A stretch of DNA of 63,489 nucleotides, the filler included, from Actinomycetota bacterium (GTDB lineage: Bacteria; Actinomycetota; CADDZG01; JAHWKV01; JAOPZY01), in assembly GCA_025963875.1 (NCBI GenBank). It is 4 parts of 4 records of this genome, joined end to end, with 100 filler letters (N's around TTAATTAATTAA, not from the genome) between each part and the next. Parts side by side here need not be neighbours in the genome. Positions count along the whole stretch, not along the records: positions 44,482 to 52,568 come from JAOPZY010000084.1; positions 52,669 to 63,489 come from JAOPZY010000120.1; 2 more parts are not named here. One strand, written 5' to 3'. The notes beneath the pieces were generated by a model. That model did not search any database. It was not told where the DNA came from and saw only the letters and a program-made list of their open reading frames with translations. Within the stretch, counting starts at the first letter, position 1. Every line of letters starts with the position of its first letter. Positions 47,623-57,037 of this stretch are shown here, piece by piece. The translations under genes were made by a program, and so were the position numbers.

Positions 47623-48285
47623 CTGGACAAGATCCGCGTCATGCTCGTCGACGACCATGAGGTCGTCCGCAAGGGCTTGGCCGCCCTGATCGAGGCCGAG
47701 GAAGATCTCGAGGTCGTCGGTGAGGCAGGGGACGGGGCCGAGGCCGTACGGCTCGCTCGCATCTTTCAGCCACGAGTCGTCGTGATGGATGTCCGTATGC
47801 CCGGTGGCGGAGGTGTCACGGCTTGCCGTGAACTACGGGATCAGAACCCCGACGCGGACGTCATCATGCTGACCTCCTATTCCGACGACGAGGCGCTCTT
47901 CAATTCGATTATGGCGGGGGCTGCGGGATTCGTCCTCAAGCAGATCCGGGGCAGAGACCTGATCGACACCATCCGCAAAGTTGCTGCCGGTCAGTCGCTC
48001 CTGGATCCAAGCGTTACCAAACGGGTCCTGGAACGTTTGCGCAAAGCGAAGGTAGACGACCGTGACCCCAAGCTCTCTCGCCTCTCCGCCCAAGAGGAGC
48101 GGATCCTTGACCTGGTGGCGGAGGGATCGACGAACCGGGAGATCGCGGAGGCCATCCATCTCTCGGACAAGACGGTGAAGAACTACGTCTCCAGCATCCT
48201 CAGCAAGCTGGAGGTCCAGCGTCGCTCGGAGGCAGCGTCCTACGTCACACGGGCCCATGCCCGCACGTCGCACGCCGAGGACTGA
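47623..48285 (+). CDS. NarL/DevR-like response regulator
   Basis: IRVMLVDDHEVVR, MDVRMP, LTSYSDDEALF, LuxR HTH TNREIA..LSDKTVKNYVSSIL; likely CTG start at 47623 (ATG 47641 would cut beta-1). Confidence 0.92.
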   Translation: MDKIRVMLVDDHEVVRKGLAALIEAEEDLEVVGEAGDGAEAVRLARIFQPRVVVMDVRMPGGGGVTACRELRDQNPDADVIMLTSYSDDEALFNSIMAGAAGFVLKQIRGRDLIDTIRKVAAGQSLLDPSVTKRVLERLRKAKVDDRDPKLSRLSAQEERILDLVAEGSTNREIAEAIHLSDKTVKNYVSSILSKLEVQRRSEAASYVTRAHARTSHAED

Positions 48286-48321
48286 CCAGGCTCCCTTCCC
48301 GCGGCGCGATTGACCCCCCGG

Positions 48322-48358
48322 GTGCCATTCGGCTCCCCAGCCCTGGGACCATCGCCCC
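48322..48358. promoter_or_regulatory. Tandem DevR/DosR-like boxes
   Basis: GTGCCATTCGGCTC (48322) and GGGACCATCGCCCC (48345), 23-bp period, upstream of the CBS/ATPase operon. Confidence 0.75.
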
Positions 48359-48432
48359 TACCGCGCAAGCCCCCGCGCGCGGTCCACTGAACATCACGAA
48401 TCCCGTTGCGGACCTGGTCATGGGAGGGCCAC

Positions 48433-48726
48433 ATGGACGTCGGCAGCATCTGCGAACGACCCGCAGTGACGTGCAGCCCGGCGACCACGTCGGCAGATGC
48501 CGCCCGGCTGATGCACCAGCACAACGTGGGGTGCCTGATCGTCGTCCACCACGGTGCGATGGCCGGCGTGGTGACAAACAGCGTCATCGAGGTTGACCAG
48601 GACGCGCCCGCTGCCTATGCGGCATGGCAGATGAAGGCCAATGGGGTTCACCACGTCGTGGTCGTGATCGACGGCGAGCCGAGCGGCATGATCTCCTCGC
48701 GGGACCTCCTGCGTGGCTTCGACTGA
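48433..48726 (+). CDS. CBS-domain protein (short, probable internal deletion)
   Basis: AARLMHQHNVGCLIVV and MKANGVHHVVVV...GMISSRDL; the usual DRD-helix linker between the CBS repeats is missing. Confidence 0.75.
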   Translation: MDVGSICERPAVTCSPATTSADAARLMHQHNVGCLIVVHHGAMAGVVTNSVIEVDQDAPAAYAAWQMKANGVHHVVVVIDGEPSGMISSRDLLRGFD

Positions 48727-48743
48727 CCGGGCGCAGGAGACCG

Positions 48744-51077
48744 ATGATGAGGGAAACTTTGCGAAGGGGGGCACGGGTGTGGCTCCCGCCCGTCGTTACC
48801 GGTTCAGGGCTGGCTACCGGGCTCATCCTTCATGCAGCTGGACGAGGGCAAGCCGGCGACTGGGCGTGGGGTGCGGTCGCCGCCGGCGTGCTGGTCTGGA
48901 TAACCCTGTCGGTGATCCGGAGTCTTGTGCGACGCCGGCCCGGGGTCGACCTCATCGCGCTGCTGGCAATTGCCGGTGCGCTGGCGCTGGGCGAGTACCT
49001 CGCGGGCGCCGTCGTGGCGGCGATGCTCACAGGCGGCCAGGCCCTGGAGGCATTCGCGGGATCCAGGGCTCGGCGGGAGCTGACCGGACTGCTGGAGCGG
49101 GCTCCCCGCATGGCGCACCGATACGAGGATGGCGCCCTGGCGTCCCGGCACGTTGGCGAGATTGTCGTGGGGGACCTCATGCTCGTCGCACCTGGTGGGG
49201 TGGTCCCCGTCGACGGACTGGTGGTGACCGCCGCAGCCGTCCTTGACGAATCCGCCCTGACCGGCGAAGCCCGTCCGGTGGAGCGCGTGAGCGGCGAGCC
49301 CGTCCGCAGTGGTTCTGTGAACGCAGGCGGGCCATTCGACCTCCGTGCCACCGCATCGGCCGAGGAGAGCACGTACGCGGGCATCGTGCGCCTCGTCGCT
49401 GAGGCCCAGGAGACGAAGTCGCCCTTCGTTCGCATGGCAGACCGCTACGCCGTGGTCTTCACTCCGCTCGCGATCGGGATCGCAGCCCTGGCGTGGGCTC
49501 TTTCGGGCGACGCCGTGCGGGCGCTCGCCGTCCTCGTGGTCGCGACCCCCTGCCCGCTGATCCTCGCCGCCCCGGTGGCGGTCGTGTGCGGCATCTCCCG
49601 CGCCGCCAGGCGCGGCATCGTCGTCAAGGGGGGGCAGGCTCTCGAAGGCCTCGCCCAGGCCCGCCGCGTCGTCATGGACAAGACGGGGACGCTCACCGCT
49701 GGATCAGCCGTCGTGAATGCCGTCGAAGCCGAGAGCCCGGCCGAGGCCACAGAGTTGTTACGCCTGGCCGCCTCACTCGACCAGGTGTCGGCACACGTCT
49801 TCTCGGCGGCAATCGTCAGAGCTGCGCTTCAGCGGGGATTGGTTCTCTCGTTCCCGACCGGGGTTGTCGAGCATCCGGGCACGGGCATCGAGGGTCTCGT
49901 CGATGGCCGGCGCGTCCGGGTCGGCGGCGGCCCCTGGGTGCTCCCGGGAGGAGAGCCGGAGCGCCTCCAGCGTCTTCGCCGCCAGGTGATGGCCGAGGGT
50001 CATTCGTCTGTCTTCGTCAGCGCCGAAGGTTCGGGAACGGCCATGATCGTCGTCGAGGACCCCCTGCGGGCGGACACGCCCCGGACCATACGTGCACTTC
50101 GCCGGGCCGGCGTCCAGGAGCTCGTCATCCTGACCGGCGACCAAGCCGATATCGCCGCGATCGTCGGCGAATCGGTGGGAGCCGATCGTGTCCTCGCAGA
50201 GCGTTCTCCTGCCGAGAAGGTCGAGGCCGTCCGGGCGCAGCACGGTCCCGGCACGACGGTCATGGTGGGCGACGGGATCAACGACGCGGCTGCCCTGGCC
50301 GCCGCCGACGTCGGCGTCGCACTCGGTGCCCGGGGTGCTGCGGCCCACTCCGAAGCTGCCGACGTGGTGATCGTCGTGGACCACCTGGACCGCCTGGTGG
50401 AGGCCATGACGATCGCTCGCCGCTCGTACCGGATCGCCCGACAGAGTGTCGTCGCCGGCATGGGGCTGTCCGCTGCCGCCATGGTCGCCGCGGCCCTGGG
50501 GGCCCTGCCGCCGGTCGCAGGCGCCCTTCTGCAGGAGGCCATCGACGTCGCCGTGATCCTCAATGCGCTGCGAGCCCTCTCCCCCGGCCGCCGACCCGCC
50601 ACCGACACCGAGGGGCCGGCGGTGGCCCAGCACTTCCGGCTGGAGCATCGCAAGATCGTCCCCGAGCTCGAATGCCTGCATCGTCTGGCGGACGTCCTCG
50701 ACACCCTTCCCCCGCCTGAGGCGCTTCGGGAGCTTGGCGAGGTGCGAACATTTCTGACGGAGAGGCTCGTCCCTCACGAGGCTGAGGACGACCGGATTCT
50801 CTACCCCGTCGTCGCCGGAATCCTCGGGGGCGACGATCCCACTGGCGCCATGAGTCGCGGCCACCAGGAGATCCAGCACCTGATCCGCCGGTACGCGAGC
50901 ACCGTCGACGAGCTGCCCGCAACGGGGCCGGATGTTGACGACCTGCGAACTCTCCGCAGCCTGCTGTACGGCCTGGACGCCGTGCTGCGCCTCCACTTTG
51001 CGCAGGAGGAGGAGTCCTACCTCACCCTGAGCGCCTTGGAGTTCCCACCGGCGCGGGCCCTGGGCGCGAGCAACTGA
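48744..51077 (+). CDS. P1B-5-type heavy-metal ATPase with C-terminal hemerythrin domain
   Basis: TGE, ATPCP, DKTGT, GDGIND, QEAID in last TM; C-terminal EH..PHEAED..GHQEI..LHFAQEE. Confidence 0.92.
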   Translation: MMRETLRRGARVWLPPVVTGSGLATGLILHAAGRGQAGDWAWGAVAAGVLVWITLSVIRSLVRRRPGVDLIALLAIAGALALGEYLAGAVVAAMLTGGQALEAFAGSRARRELTGLLERAPRMAHRYEDGALASRHVGEIVVGDLMLVAPGGVVPVDGLVVTAAAVLDESALTGEARPVERVSGEPVRSGSVNAGGPFDLRATASAEESTYAGIVRLVAEAQETKSPFVRMADRYAVVFTPLAIGIAALAWALSGDAVRALAVLVVATPCPLILAAPVAVVCGISRAARRGIVVKGGQALEGLAQARRVVMDKTGTLTAGSAVVNAVEAESPAEATELLRLAASLDQVSAHVFSAAIVRAALQRGLVLSFPTGVVEHPGTGIEGLVDGRRVRVGGGPWVLPGGEPERLQRLRRQVMAEGHSSVFVSAEGSGTAMIVVEDPLRADTPRTIRALRRAGVQELVILTGDQADIAAIVGESVGADRVLAERSPAEKVEAVRAQHGPGTTVMVGDGINDAAALAAADVGVALGARGAAAHSEAADVVIVVDHLDRLVEAMTIARRSYRIARQSVVAGMGLSAAAMVAAALGALPPVAGALLQEAIDVAVILNALRALSPGRRPATDTEGPAVAQHFRLEHRKIVPELECLHRLADVLDTLPPPEALRELGEVRTFLTERLVPHEAEDDRILYPVVAGILGGDDPTGAMSRGHQEIQHLIRRYASTVDELPATGPDVDDLRTLRSLLYGLDAVLRLHFAQEEESYLTLSALEFPPARALGASN

Positions 51078-51105
51078 CTCGGTTCGCTCCTCGGCGGGCT
51101 CGTGG

Positions 51106-51142
51106 GGACCTTTTGGCCCTAGGTGGTCGGGACTTTTGGCCC
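51106..51142. promoter_or_regulatory. Tandem DevR/DosR-like boxes
   Basis: GGACCTTTTGGCCC (51106) and GGGACTTTTGGCCC (51129), 23-bp period. Confidence 0.78.
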
Positions 51143-51169
51143 TACCGGCGAGGAGCGCTCCAGCGTTCA

Positions 51170-51838
51170 ATGGTCAGCGTGAGCAACCATCGTGGCAACG
51201 GCAAGTCGCCAGGCAACACCGGCAAGTCTTCGGGCGTTGAGCTCTACTGGATCCCACTCGGGGCGGGCGCATCCGTCGTGCGCGCCAGCGGCAAACTCTT
51301 TGAGGCCATCTCGGGTCTTGTCCAACGACGCCGGCAGGGCGATCTGTTCCACTCGGCGCTTGAGGTGACCGTTCCGGCCGGTCGATTCGTGATCGAGATG
51401 ACGCCCGTTCCCGACATCCATGGGGAACGACGCGGCGTCGTAGCCGAGGGTGCTGTTGGGATGAGGTGGGCGGAGCGATGTCGGACCTTCCGCTACGAGA
51501 TTCGGCGGTGGCGGGAAGGCGTCATCCCCGACGCCGGCGAAGCCATCGGCGGCCCGCTGCGCCTGACCGACGATCTGGCCACCGCACTACGAATCCTCCA
51601 TCTGGTGCCATTGGTACCGACGCCGGTGTGGGGCCGAGACGAACTTGACGCCGGCGAGATGTGGAACTCGAACTCGGTCACGTCGTGGCTGCTGACGCGA
51701 GGCGGGGTCGATACCACGTGGACCCAGCCTCCATGTCGCGGCCGGGCGCCCGGTTGGAACGCTGGTCTCGTCGTGGCAGCACGTTGTCTCGAACCCACAG
51801 CATACGTTGGAGAGAAGGCGGCGAATGATCGACCTTGA
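51170..51838 (+). CDS. Conserved hypothetical protein (permuted papain-like pattern)
   Basis: ELYWIPLGAG, FHSALEV, WNSNSVTSWLL, APGW. Confidence 0.75.
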   Translation: MVSVSNHRGNGKSPGNTGKSSGVELYWIPLGAGASVVRASGKLFEAISGLVQRRRQGDLFHSALEVTVPAGRFVIEMTPVPDIHGERRGVVAEGAVGMRWAERCRTFRYEIRRWREGVIPDAGEAIGGPLRLTDDLATALRILHLVPLVPTPVWGRDELDAGEMWNSNSVTSWLLTRGGVDTTWTQPPCRGRAPGWNAGLVVAARCLEPTAYVGEKAANDRP

Positions 51839-52208
51839 CGGCCGATCGGGTCTGATCCCGCAGGGAGCCGAAGCCGCGGCGCGTGACCGTTGCCGGCTGG
51901 ACCGGTTGGCCGACTCTATGGTGACACCGTGGCAGCTGGCCCCGTTGGCATCGCACACGGACGCCGCCGCAACCCTCCCGACGCCGGCGCCTCTCCAGCC
52001 GCCGCAGGCCAAGGTCGCTGAGACCGACTTCGTCGTGGTCTGGCAACTCCGGCCCGCCACGCGGGCCACAGGCCAAAATGACGGCAGTAGACTTCGTGGA
52101 GAACAACCAATCGCCCAAACGACCCGCCGCCAGAAAGCAAGCGTGGCGCAGGTTTCTCGGCTCTCCGGAGTAAGTCCGAACGGCTCTGCTACCCCGCCGG
52201 GCAAGAGG

Positions 52209-52240
52209 GGATGCTGAAGAGAGGATGCTGAAGAGAGGAT
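52209..52240 (+). repeat. 14-bp tandem duplication
   Basis: GGATGCTGAAGAGA x2 + GGAT. Confidence 0.85.
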
Positions 52241-52274
52241 CTGCCGTAGCTTGTGGGACAAGGAGAGCCAATCA

Positions 52275-52568
52275 ATGTTCATCTACTACTTCGCCCACAT
52301 CCCACAACCCTTCGCACAGCTGGCCGAGCCTTTCGAGAACCACCCAGAGACCTGGCTGCCCGGCTGCGTTGCAAGAGCGTGCGATGAGGCGGGACAAACC
52401 ACCATCAAGGAGAACTCTGGCCCCTGTCCGACCACCGTCGCCGTTGGCCCTATCAGCCGGAGCGAAGGGTCAAGGGCCCTTTCGATCCGGGTGGAGTCGG
52501 CAGCACCGGGCGTCCTTTTCACGCACCTCGAAGCCGACCTTGAGATCGGCGACCTGGGGCCGAGCCAG
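52275..52568 (+). CDS. Hypothetical protein, 3'-truncated by contig end
   Basis: RBS AGGAG; MFIYYFAHIPQPF...LFTHLEADLEIGDLGP. Confidence 0.65.
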
Positions 52569-52668
52569 NNNNNNNNNNNNNNNNNNNNNNNNNNNNNNNN
52601 NNNNNNNNNNNNTTAATTAATTAANNNNNNNNNNNNNNNNNNNNNNNNNNNNNNNNNNNNNNNNNNNN
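52569..52668. other. Artificial contig linker
   Basis: N44-TTAATTAATTAA-N44. Confidence 0.98.
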
Positions 52669-52669
52669 G

Positions 52670-55486
52670 ATCGACTACCCAGCCGAGTTCGCCGGGGCCG
52701 ACCTGAGCGCCCTGGCGGATCTCGGCGTCGGGAAGGTCCTCACCCTCACGAGCACCTACGACCACCGGGTGATCCAGGGGGCCGAGAGCGGCGAGATCCT
52801 CCGCCGGGTCCAGGGGTTCCTGATGGGCGAGCAGCTCTTCTACGAGGACGTCTTCCGCAGCATGGGCGCCCCCTACGTGCCGGTCGCCTGGAGCCGTGAC
52901 GTCAACCCGCCGGCTGACTCGCTCGAGCTCCGCGCGAAGCGGGGCCGCGTGCGGTCGCTCATCAACATGTACCGGGTGCGGGGGCACCTAATCGCCGACC
53001 TCGACCCGCTCGCCGCCAAGCCGCCGGAGATGCATCCCGAGCTCGACCCCGCCACCTACGGGTTCACCATCTGGGACCTCGAGCGGAAGTTCCTCGCAGC
53101 CGGCGTGGCCGGGGTCGACGGCGAGCTGACGCTCAACGAGATCCTCGCCATCCTCCTCGATGCCTACTGCCGGCGCTCGAGCCCCGAGTACATGTACAGC
53201 CAGGAGCCTGACCAGAAGCACTGGATCCAGGCCCACGTCGAAGGCGTCAATCCGAAGCTCGATCCCGGCGACATGCGCCACATCCTGGAGGAGCTCTCCG
53301 AGGCCGAGGCCTTCGAGCGCTTCATGCACACAAAGTACGTGGGCCACAAGCGCTTCTCGCTCGAGGGGGCCGAGTCGCTGATCCCCATGCTCGACGCCAT
53401 CCTGGCCGACGCCGCCGACGCGGGGCTGACCGAGAGCGTCATCGGGATGAGCCACCGAGGGCGCCTCAACGTGCTCGCCAACGTCGTCGGCAAGAGCTAC
53501 GGCCAGATCTTCCGGGAGTTCGAGGGCGACATCGACCCGTCGGCGGCCCACGGCTCGGGCGACGTGCAGTACCACACCGGTGCCGCAGGCGAGCACGTCT
53601 CACGGTCGGGCAACTCGATCAAGGTCACCCTGGCGCCGAACCCGAGCCACCTGGAGTCGGTCGACCCCGTCGTCGAGGGCATGGTGCGGGCCAAGCTCGA
53701 CCTGCTCGGCAGTGTACGGGAGGCGCGAGTCCTGCCGCTGCTCATCCACGGCGACGCCGCCTTCGCCGGGCAGGGCGTGGTCGCCGAGACGCTGGCCCTG
53801 TCCAAGCTGAAGGGGTACTGGACCGGGGGGACCGTCCACATCATCGTGAACAACCAGCTCGGCTTCACCACCGGGCCGACCTTCGGGCGCTCGAGCCAGT
53901 ACGCCAGCGACGTGGCCAAGATGATCCAGGCGCCCGTCCTGCACGTGAACGGGGACGACCCCGAGGCGTGCGTGCGGATGGCCCGCCTGGCGTTCGAGTA
54001 CCGCCAGGTCTTCCACCGCGACGTCGTGATCGACGTGTGGTGCTACCGGCGCTGGGGCCACAACGAGGCCGACGACCCCGCGTTCACCCAGCCCCTGATG
54101 TACCGGGCCATCGACGCCCGGCGCTCGGTCCGCAAGCTCTACACCGAAGCCCTCGTCAACCGGGGCGACCTCGGCGTCGAGGAGGCGGAGCAGTTCCTGG
54201 AAGGCTTCCGCAGCCGCCTGCAACAGGCGTTCGACGAGACCCGTGGCCCGTCCGAGCCGCCGAAGATCGAGTGGAAGCTGCCTGCCCCCCTCTCGCCGGT
54301 GTCCGTCCCGACGGGCGTGGACCGGGAGGTCCTCGACGGGGTGCTGACCGCGCTCGTGACCCTCCCGCCCGGCTTCGACCTGCACCCCAAGCTCGCCAAG
54401 TGGCTGGAGACCCGCCGCCTTGCGCTCCAGGAGGACGCCGTCGACTGGTCCCTGGCCGAGGCCCTGGCGTTCGGTTCGCTGCTGACGGAAGGGCGGACGA
54501 TCCGCCTCGCCGGGCAGGACACCCGGCGGGGGACCTTCAGCCAGCGCCATGCCGTCCTCGTCGACCAGACCACCGCCACCGAGCACGTGCCCCTCGCCAG
54601 CCTCGCCGGTGGCTTCGAGGGCGGGCAGCCGACCAGCCCGGCCCGCTTCTTCGTCTACGACAGCCCCCTGTCCGAGATGGCCGCCCTCGGCTTCGAGTAC
54701 GGCTACGCCGTCGCCAACCCCCAGGCGCTCGTCGCCTGGGAGGCTCAGTTCGGCGACTTCGCCGACGGGGCGCAGGTGCTGATCGACACCTACCTCTCCT
54801 CGGCGGAGGACAAGTGGGGCCAGGGCAGCGGACTCGTCCTGCTCCTGCCGCACGGCTACGAGGGCCAGGGTCCCGACCACTCGAGCGCCCGCCTGGAGCG
54901 CTTCCTGCAGCTCGCGGCCGAGGACAACATCCAGGTCGCGGTCCCCTCGACGGCTGCCCAGTACTTCCACCTCCTGCGCCGCCAGGCCCTCCGCTCCCAG
55001 GGCAAGCCGCTGGTGGTGATGACGCCGAAGTCGCTGCTCCGCCTGGCCGCCGCCCGCTCGGCGGCGGAGGACTTCACGGACGGCTCCTTCGCCCCGGTCC
55101 TCGGCGACCCTGCCCCGCCCGCTCAGCCGAAGCGGCTCATCTTCACCCAGGGGAAGGTGTTCTACGACCTCGTCAAGGCCCGAGACGAGCGGAAGGTCCC
55201 CGTAGCCATCGTCCGGATCGAGCAGCTGTACCCGTTCCCCGCCGAAGCCATCCGCCGCGAGCTCGACGCCTATTCGGGCACCGGGCAGCCCGTGTGGGTG
55301 CAGGAGGAGCCGGCGAACATGGGGGCCTGGCGGTTCCTGCAGGCCAGCTTCAAGGACCGCCTTGGCGTCGACCTCGCCTCCGTCGCCAGAGAGGAGAGCG
55401 CCAGCCCCGCCACCGGCAGCCTGAAGGTCCACAGCCGGGAACAGGCGGTCCTGGTCGAAAGAGCGCTCGGAGGCCTGGAGGGCTGA
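52670..55486 (+). CDS. kgd: Multifunctional 2-oxoglutarate decarboxylase/dehydrogenase (E2-E1 fusion), 5'-truncated
   Basis: E2 motif TSTYDHRVIQGAESG followed by E1o KRFSLEG, HRGRLN, HGDAAFAGQG, WEAQFGDF, LPHGYEGQGP. Confidence 0.95.
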   Translation: MDYPAEFAGADLSALADLGVGKVLTLTSTYDHRVIQGAESGEILRRVQGFLMGEQLFYEDVFRSMGAPYVPVAWSRDVNPPADSLELRAKRGRVRSLINMYRVRGHLIADLDPLAAKPPEMHPELDPATYGFTIWDLERKFLAAGVAGVDGELTLNEILAILLDAYCRRSSPEYMYSQEPDQKHWIQAHVEGVNPKLDPGDMRHILEELSEAEAFERFMHTKYVGHKRFSLEGAESLIPMLDAILADAADAGLTESVIGMSHRGRLNVLANVVGKSYGQIFREFEGDIDPSAAHGSGDVQYHTGAAGEHVSRSGNSIKVTLAPNPSHLESVDPVVEGMVRAKLDLLGSVREARVLPLLIHGDAAFAGQGVVAETLALSKLKGYWTGGTVHIIVNNQLGFTTGPTFGRSSQYASDVAKMIQAPVLHVNGDDPEACVRMARLAFEYRQVFHRDVVIDVWCYRRWGHNEADDPAFTQPLMYRAIDARRSVRKLYTEALVNRGDLGVEEAEQFLEGFRSRLQQAFDETRGPSEPPKIEWKLPAPLSPVSVPTGVDREVLDGVLTALVTLPPGFDLHPKLAKWLETRRLALQEDAVDWSLAEALAFGSLLTEGRTIRLAGQDTRRGTFSQRHAVLVDQTTATEHVPLASLAGGFEGGQPTSPARFFVYDSPLSEMAALGFEYGYAVANPQALVAWEAQFGDFADGAQVLIDTYLSSAEDKWGQGSGLVLLLPHGYEGQGPDHSSARLERFLQLAAEDNIQVAVPSTAAQYFHLLRRQALRSQGKPLVVMTPKSLLRLAAARSAAEDFTDGSFAPVLGDPAPPAQPKRLIFTQGKVFYDLVKARDERKVPVAIVRIEQLYPFPAEAIRRELDAYSGTGQPVWVQEEPANMGAWRFLQASFKDRLGVDLASVAREESASPATGSLKVHSREQAVLVERALGGLEG

Positions 55487-55606
55487 CGCAGCAGGGGGGT
55501 CCAGGGGGGAGGAGCAGACGCCGCGCGAAGCGAGGCGACAAGCTGCATATCCCCCCGGCTCGTGGGACGCTCCGGAGGAGCGGGCCACGAGTGGAAGAGT
55601 CCGCCG

Positions 55607-56317
55607 TCAGGTCGGCTGGGGTTCCGTGATGCCGAGGCGCCCTGCGATGCCGGTCGCACGGTTGTTGATCCAGCCGGCCTGCGCCGGATCGCAGACCCGT
55701 ACGTGCGCCGCCACTTCCCGGCCCACCGTGACCAGGCCCCCCTCCCCCTCGAACGTCAACGGCCCGTCGAAGGGGGCGGCCTCGATCATCGTGAGGACGG
55801 TCGCCGGCCGGATGCCGATCTGGTCGAGGTAGGCGAGCAACTCCTCGGAGATCTCGGAGATCTGTGCCACGGCCGCACGCTCGCCCGACTGCAGGGCCTC
55901 GAGGGGCCGCAGCTCCCGGCGGTCCACCGGGCAGATGGGGTGGCCGTGGGGGCAGTACTCGGGATAGCCGAGGGCCGCCGCCAGGTGCTCCTCGACCCGG
56001 CTCGAGATGGCGTGCTCCAGGCGGTGGGCCTCCCGGTGTACCTCGTGCCACGGCATGCCGAGCATGTCGGTCAGCAGGCGCTCGACGAGGCGGTGCCGGC
56101 GCAGCACCATGTGGGCCAGCGGGCGCCCGTGGGCCGTGAGGTGGATCGCCCCGTCCTGGGCCCGCTCGAGGTAGCCCTCCTCGGCCAGGCGCTTGAGCAT
56201 TTCACTTGCGGAGGGCAGCGAAACGCCCAAGGTCTGGGCCAGCACGGTGGCCGTACAACGCTGACCGAGCTCCTCGAGCCGCTTGATCTGCTGGAGATAG
56301 TCCTCGACGCCCCGCAC
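55607..56317 (-). CDS. DtxR/IdeR/MntR-family metal-dependent regulator with FeoA-like domain
   Basis: VEDYL, RRHRLVERLL, HREAHRLEH, CPHGHPI; TATGAT 6 nt upstream of GTG suggests a leaderless mRNA. Confidence 0.92.
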   Translation of the reverse strand: MRGVEDYLQQIKRLEELGQRCTATVLAQTLGVSLPSASEMLKRLAEEGYLERAQDGAIHLTAHGRPLAHMVLRRHRLVERLLTDMLGMPWHEVHREAHRLEHAISSRVEEHLAAALGYPEYCPHGHPICPVDRRELRPLEALQSGERAAVAQISEISEELLAYLDQIGIRPATVLTMIEAAPFDGPLTFEGEGGLVTVGREVAAHVRVCDPAQAGWINNRATGIAGRLGITEPQPT

Positions 56318-56423
56318 CCCACCATCATAGGGGCCGATGCGGGCCCCGAATAGGGCCGGGGGCGACCTGGCGGGAGGAACGCTGGTAAGGTGGACATCGG
56401 GTTCGAGACCGACAGGGGGACAC

Positions 56424-56963
56424 ATGTCCGAAGCGTCACGAAGAACCGTGGACCGGATTTTCGATCCCTCGTACGTGGACAACCTCGCGACGGTGCCGGT
56501 CGAGGAGCTGCGCAAGAAGAAGGCGGAGTGCGAGGCGCTGGAGGCGGAGGTCTCCTACGCCCGTCGCCTGATCCAGGGCAAGCTCGACATCCTCCGCCAC
56601 GGAGTGGAGCGCGTCGCCGGCGGCGACAAGCTCGAGGTCACGGAGATGGTCGAGGATCTCCCCGGCATCCTCTCCGAGGGTGTCGGCGGCTCGGCATCCC
56701 GGCTCCCCCGCATCATTGCCCCGGCCAACGCCGACACGCAGCGCCGCGAGGTGGAGCGCCTCGCCTCGGAAGCCGACCTCACCAGGCTCGAAGAGTTGTC
56801 GGCCGCCGAGCTGGAGGAGATCGTCGAACGGCTCAGCGAAGCCGAGAAGGAGACCTCCCACCGCCGCCGCCGCATCCAGGGCGTCATGGACTCGGTCACC
56901 GGCGAACTCATCCGGCGCTACCGGGAGGGCAAGGAGGACCCCACCGCCATCCTCTCGCGCTGA
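56424..56963 (+). CDS. rsiG: RsiG (AmfC)-like c-di-GMP-binding anti-sigma factor
   Basis: Two complete E-x3-S-x2-R-x3-Q-x3-D motifs: EAEVSYARRLIQGKLD and EKETSHRRRRIQGVMD; RRTVDRI..PSY N-terminus; ELIRRYREG C-terminus. Confidence 0.88.
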   Translation: MSEASRRTVDRIFDPSYVDNLATVPVEELRKKKAECEALEAEVSYARRLIQGKLDILRHGVERVAGGDKLEVTEMVEDLPGILSEGVGGSASRLPRIIAPANADTQRREVERLASEADLTRLEELSAAELEEIVERLSEAEKETSHRRRRIQGVMDSVTGELIRRYREGKEDPTAILSR

Positions 56964-56981
56964 GGCGAACTGGCACACAAG

Positions 56982-57008
56982 ACGGGCTCCGATGAGGAGC
57001 CCGTTTTC
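56982..57008 (+). terminator. Intrinsic terminator after rsiG
   Basis: ACGGGCTCC-GATGA-GGAGCCCGT-TTT. Confidence 0.82.
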
Positions 57009-57037
57009 AATTCCGGTGGTTGCCGTGCAACCCGGCC

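Noticed and set aside
28605..52668. Three identical TTAATTAATTAA motifs within N runs
   Set aside because: Artificial six-frame-stop contig linkers, not biological repeats; synteny across them was not used.
55495..55558. GGGGGTCCAGGGGGG...TCCCCCCGG hairpin after kgd
   Set aside because: Single copy in the window; cannot distinguish terminator from a small repeat.
53600..55588. Long antisense/alternate-frame ORFs (also 2988-4916, 14650-16053, 17215-19011, 29406-31148, 61837-63438)
   Set aside because: Shadow ORFs expected in high-GC DNA opposite clear genes; no recognisable motifs.
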